Source: an uncultured delta proteobacterium (GTDB lineage Bacteria; Desulfobacterota; Desulfobacteria; Desulfobacterales; Desulfatirhabdiaceae). Taken from it: 64,000 nucleotides of DNA. Position numbers and translations under genes: made by a program. The notes under the pieces were generated by a model. That model did not search any database, was not told where the DNA came from, and saw nothing but the letters and a program-made list of their open reading frames with translations. Below, piece by piece: positions 61,860 to 64,000 of this stretch; position 1 is the stretch's first letter, and the number at the start of each line of letters is the position of its first letter. The stretch lies in contig CAWBKP010000013.1 in assembly GCA_963789395.1 (NCBI GenBank), positions 64,001 to 128,000 of the forward strand. Direction: 5' to 3'.

Positions 61860-61975
61860 TAACCTGGTCAAGAAAAAATGGACACTTTCGTTAAGCGCCT
61901 TTCATTAAAACCCACGATTCCTCAAATTCTTTTGAGCTGAGATAACCCAGATAGGAGTGACACCTTTTGCAGCTG
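61860..61975 (-). mobile_element. IS3-family right-end remnant
   Basis: Minus strand encodes KRCHSYLGYLS..KEFEESW...GA* followed by the IR-like AAAGTGTCCATTTTTTCTTGACCAGGTTA. Confidence 0.65.
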
Positions 61976-62013
61976 TTAAACTTTTCTGGTTACTCGCTAT
62001 TGTTTTTAAGTGT

Positions 62014-62223
62014 CCTACTCGAAATCAATAAAAACATGTCAGAAAATGTCAATAATTATCAAACATTCAAAAGTATTTTTCGGGATATTAATTCAACCAT
62101 TTTTGCATACTAAGCATGAGTCTGGCCTTCTTTAAAGATACGGAAGGTATTTATCAGTAAAGTGACCTGTGAATATTTCTGCTTAGGATAACCTATCATA
62201 AAGTTGAGGCAGTTGTGTCATCC
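62014..62223. repeat. Copy B of the duplicated non-coding region
   Basis: Direct repeat of the blocks at 57822-57995. Confidence 0.7.
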
Positions 62224-62524
62224 TGAATTCATAAGCCCCTTTCATTTTTGCTGGTATAGTGCTTATGACATTGCCCAGTTTTTTGGGACCTCCGCTATTG
62301 ACTATTTATTATTATCTTTTCCGTCCTGCATAATCCCATGCATCTCGATAGGTTTTTATAAAAAAGCAATCACCATTGCCTTTCGTTTCTCCCTGCAGGG
62401 TTAATTGAATGTGGAGGGGACACCATCGTAAAAGCGTAATCAGATGCTTTTAAAGCCAATATTACTTGCAGCACCAACCTACCTTGATCGTGTGGAATTT
62501 TCCATATGGCTAACACCTCCGTTT

Positions 62525-64000
62525 TCAAACTACCTCACCATCATCGAAGTAGCACTCAAGTTTGAGCCCTTCGGACCCAAACTGACTTTTCACGGGATAA
62601 GGGAGCGATCTGAATAAGTTGATCATTTTTTTATTTTGCGGGTTTGTGTAGGCAATCAGTCCCGCGATACCGTTTTCCTTGGCAGCCTTGGCTAATTTCG
62701 CGATAATCCGTCGGGCGATACCTTTTCCCTGATATTTCCTGTTGACTGAAAACGCCACCTCAGACATGTTCAATTCGGGCAGATACATGCTTTCACCAAC
62801 GGCGATTACCCGACCGAAACCAAACTCGCCTACCAGCGCAAGAATTGTCAGATCCTTTATATAGTCGATTTTGCTCCGCTGCTCGGTTTCTGGTAGACCA
62901 AAAATGGTTTTTTCATTAAAAAAACGGGAAAGGATGTCTTCCTTCTCAAGATTGTAGTAATGCTCCTGAATTCGCCGGTCATCGACAGGTTTGGATGGGC
63001 GGATGGTAACCGAAATGCCCTCTGTTTCCATGACTTCTTCCATCCTAACTGGATACACACCTCGGACCGCTTCCCCTAAAGATCGGTCGGCCCCGATGAG
63101 TCCTCTTTCTTTCGCAGCATCGAAAAGCTGCTGCCGAAAATCCGGGTGAGCGATTTCAATCATGGCCATGGCCCGTTCCTGAAAGCTTTTCCCAAAAAGG
63201 TTGACCACGCCGTATTCGGTTACAACATATTGAGCATCCCCACGGGGTACCACGCAGGCTGCATCATCCAGGTTGGGAACAATCCGGCTTTGACTGCCAT
63301 CCTCGGAGGTGCTCAGCAAAATCATGATCGATTTACCGCCTGCAGATCTTCTGGAACCCTGGACGAAATCAGAAATCCCGGTTATACCCGTGAAATAAGT
63401 GCGAGCCGAGGACTCTGCCGTCACCTGACCCGTTAAATCGATAGCATGAGCCGAATTCATCGATATCATCCGGTGATGCTGGCTAATGATGAACGGATCA
63501 TTCACGTAATTGGAGGGATGAAAATCCACCGCAGGATTGTCATTGATGAATTCATAAAGGTTCGTCGATCCGATGGCGGCAGATGCAACGATTTTTCCTT
63601 CGTTGAGTCCTTTTTTCCGATTGTTGATGATCCCCATGGAATAAAGATGCATGATGTCATCGGTAATATACTGGGAATGAATCCCCAAGTCGTTTTTGTC
63701 GGATAGAGCATTCAGAGCTGCCTTTGATGCGGCATCAAGCCCGATTTGAAGCGTTGCACCATCCTCAATCAGCCGTCCAATGTGTTCCCCGATCCGGGAT
63801 GTGGCGTCGGACTGGGTTTGAGGTAGAACAGAGATAACATCTTCTTCGTGTTCGACAATGATATCCACATCATTCATATGGATGAAGCTTTGTCCCAATA
63901 CCCGAGGCATTCGTGGATTCACTTGAGCAATGACGATATCTGCTGAATTAGCGGCAGCCAATGTTACATCCACGGATACCCCCAGACTCATCCAGCCAAA
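62525..64000 (-). CDS. Acetyl-CoA hydrolase/transferase fused to a C-terminal GNAT domain (5' end outside the window)
   Basis: SLGVSVD, QVNPRMP, IEDGATLQIG, IDLTGQV, VVTEYG, IAHPDFR; GNAT EVAFSV...QGKGIA. Confidence 0.9.
   Translation of the reverse strand, partial: FGWMSLGVSVDVTLAAANSADIVIAQVNPRMPRVLGQSFIHMNDVDIIVEHEEDVISVLPQTQSDATSRIGEHIGRLIEDGATLQIGLDAASKAALNALSDKNDLGIHSQYITDDIMHLYSMGIINNRKKGLNEGKIVASAAIGSTNLYEFINDNPAVDFHPSNYVNDPFIISQHHRMISMNSAHAIDLTGQVTAESSARTYFTGITGISDFVQGSRRSAGGKSIMILLSTSEDGSQSRIVPNLDDAACVVPRGDAQYVVTEYGVVNLFGKSFQERAMAMIEIAHPDFRQQLFDAAKERGLIGADRSLGEAVRGVYPVRMEEVMETEGISVTIRPSKPVDDRRIQEHYYNLEKEDILSRFFNEKTIFGLPETEQRSKIDYIKDLTILALVGEFGFGRVIAVGESMYLPELNMSEVAFSVNRKYQGKGIARRIIAKLAKAAKENGIAGLIAYTNPQNKKMINLFRSLPYPVKSQFGSEGLKLECYFDDGEVV

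Noticed and set aside
62330..62520. RBS and ATG downstream of the CoA-transferase/GNAT gene, and a fluoride-riboswitch-like GGCAATGGTG
   Set aside because: The ORF stops after 8 codons and the 3' riboswitch motif is absent.

Overview
The gene repertoire suggests an anaerobic deltaproteobacterium, probably Desulfobacterota/Desulfobacterales (inference). Positions 1 to ~45 kb are core-like chromosome: a gcvH-gcvPA-gcvPB-lipB-lipA-rfbC-rfbD-U32 run, M16C peptidase, RNase E/G, MltD-like transglycosylase, UbiG, a GldA/F/G-like ABC system, mobA-moaE, an acyl-CoA cluster, macrodomain, larC, argC, folD, a 1024-aa PHP-like membrane protein and an orphan Fe-S/flavin fusion. Many genes carry single-base frameshifts, most likely long-read assembly errors. 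From ~45.2 to 62.5 kb is an accessory region. It holds a sigma-54 promoter, c-di-GMP-I riboswitch and terminator in front of a secreted papain-like/PKD protease, a RAYT remnant, and two small 6-Cys proteins. It also holds a sigma-54-preceded oxygen/stress cluster (dfx, osmC, usp, glgP, cyoABCDE, H+-ATPase) decaying by deletion, an IS21 element, and an arylsulfatase/SphA-like cassette bracketed by duplicated non-coding blocks. Two heptamer-repeat MITE-like elements sit in divergent intergenic regions. All product calls come from motif recognition only; no database search was run.
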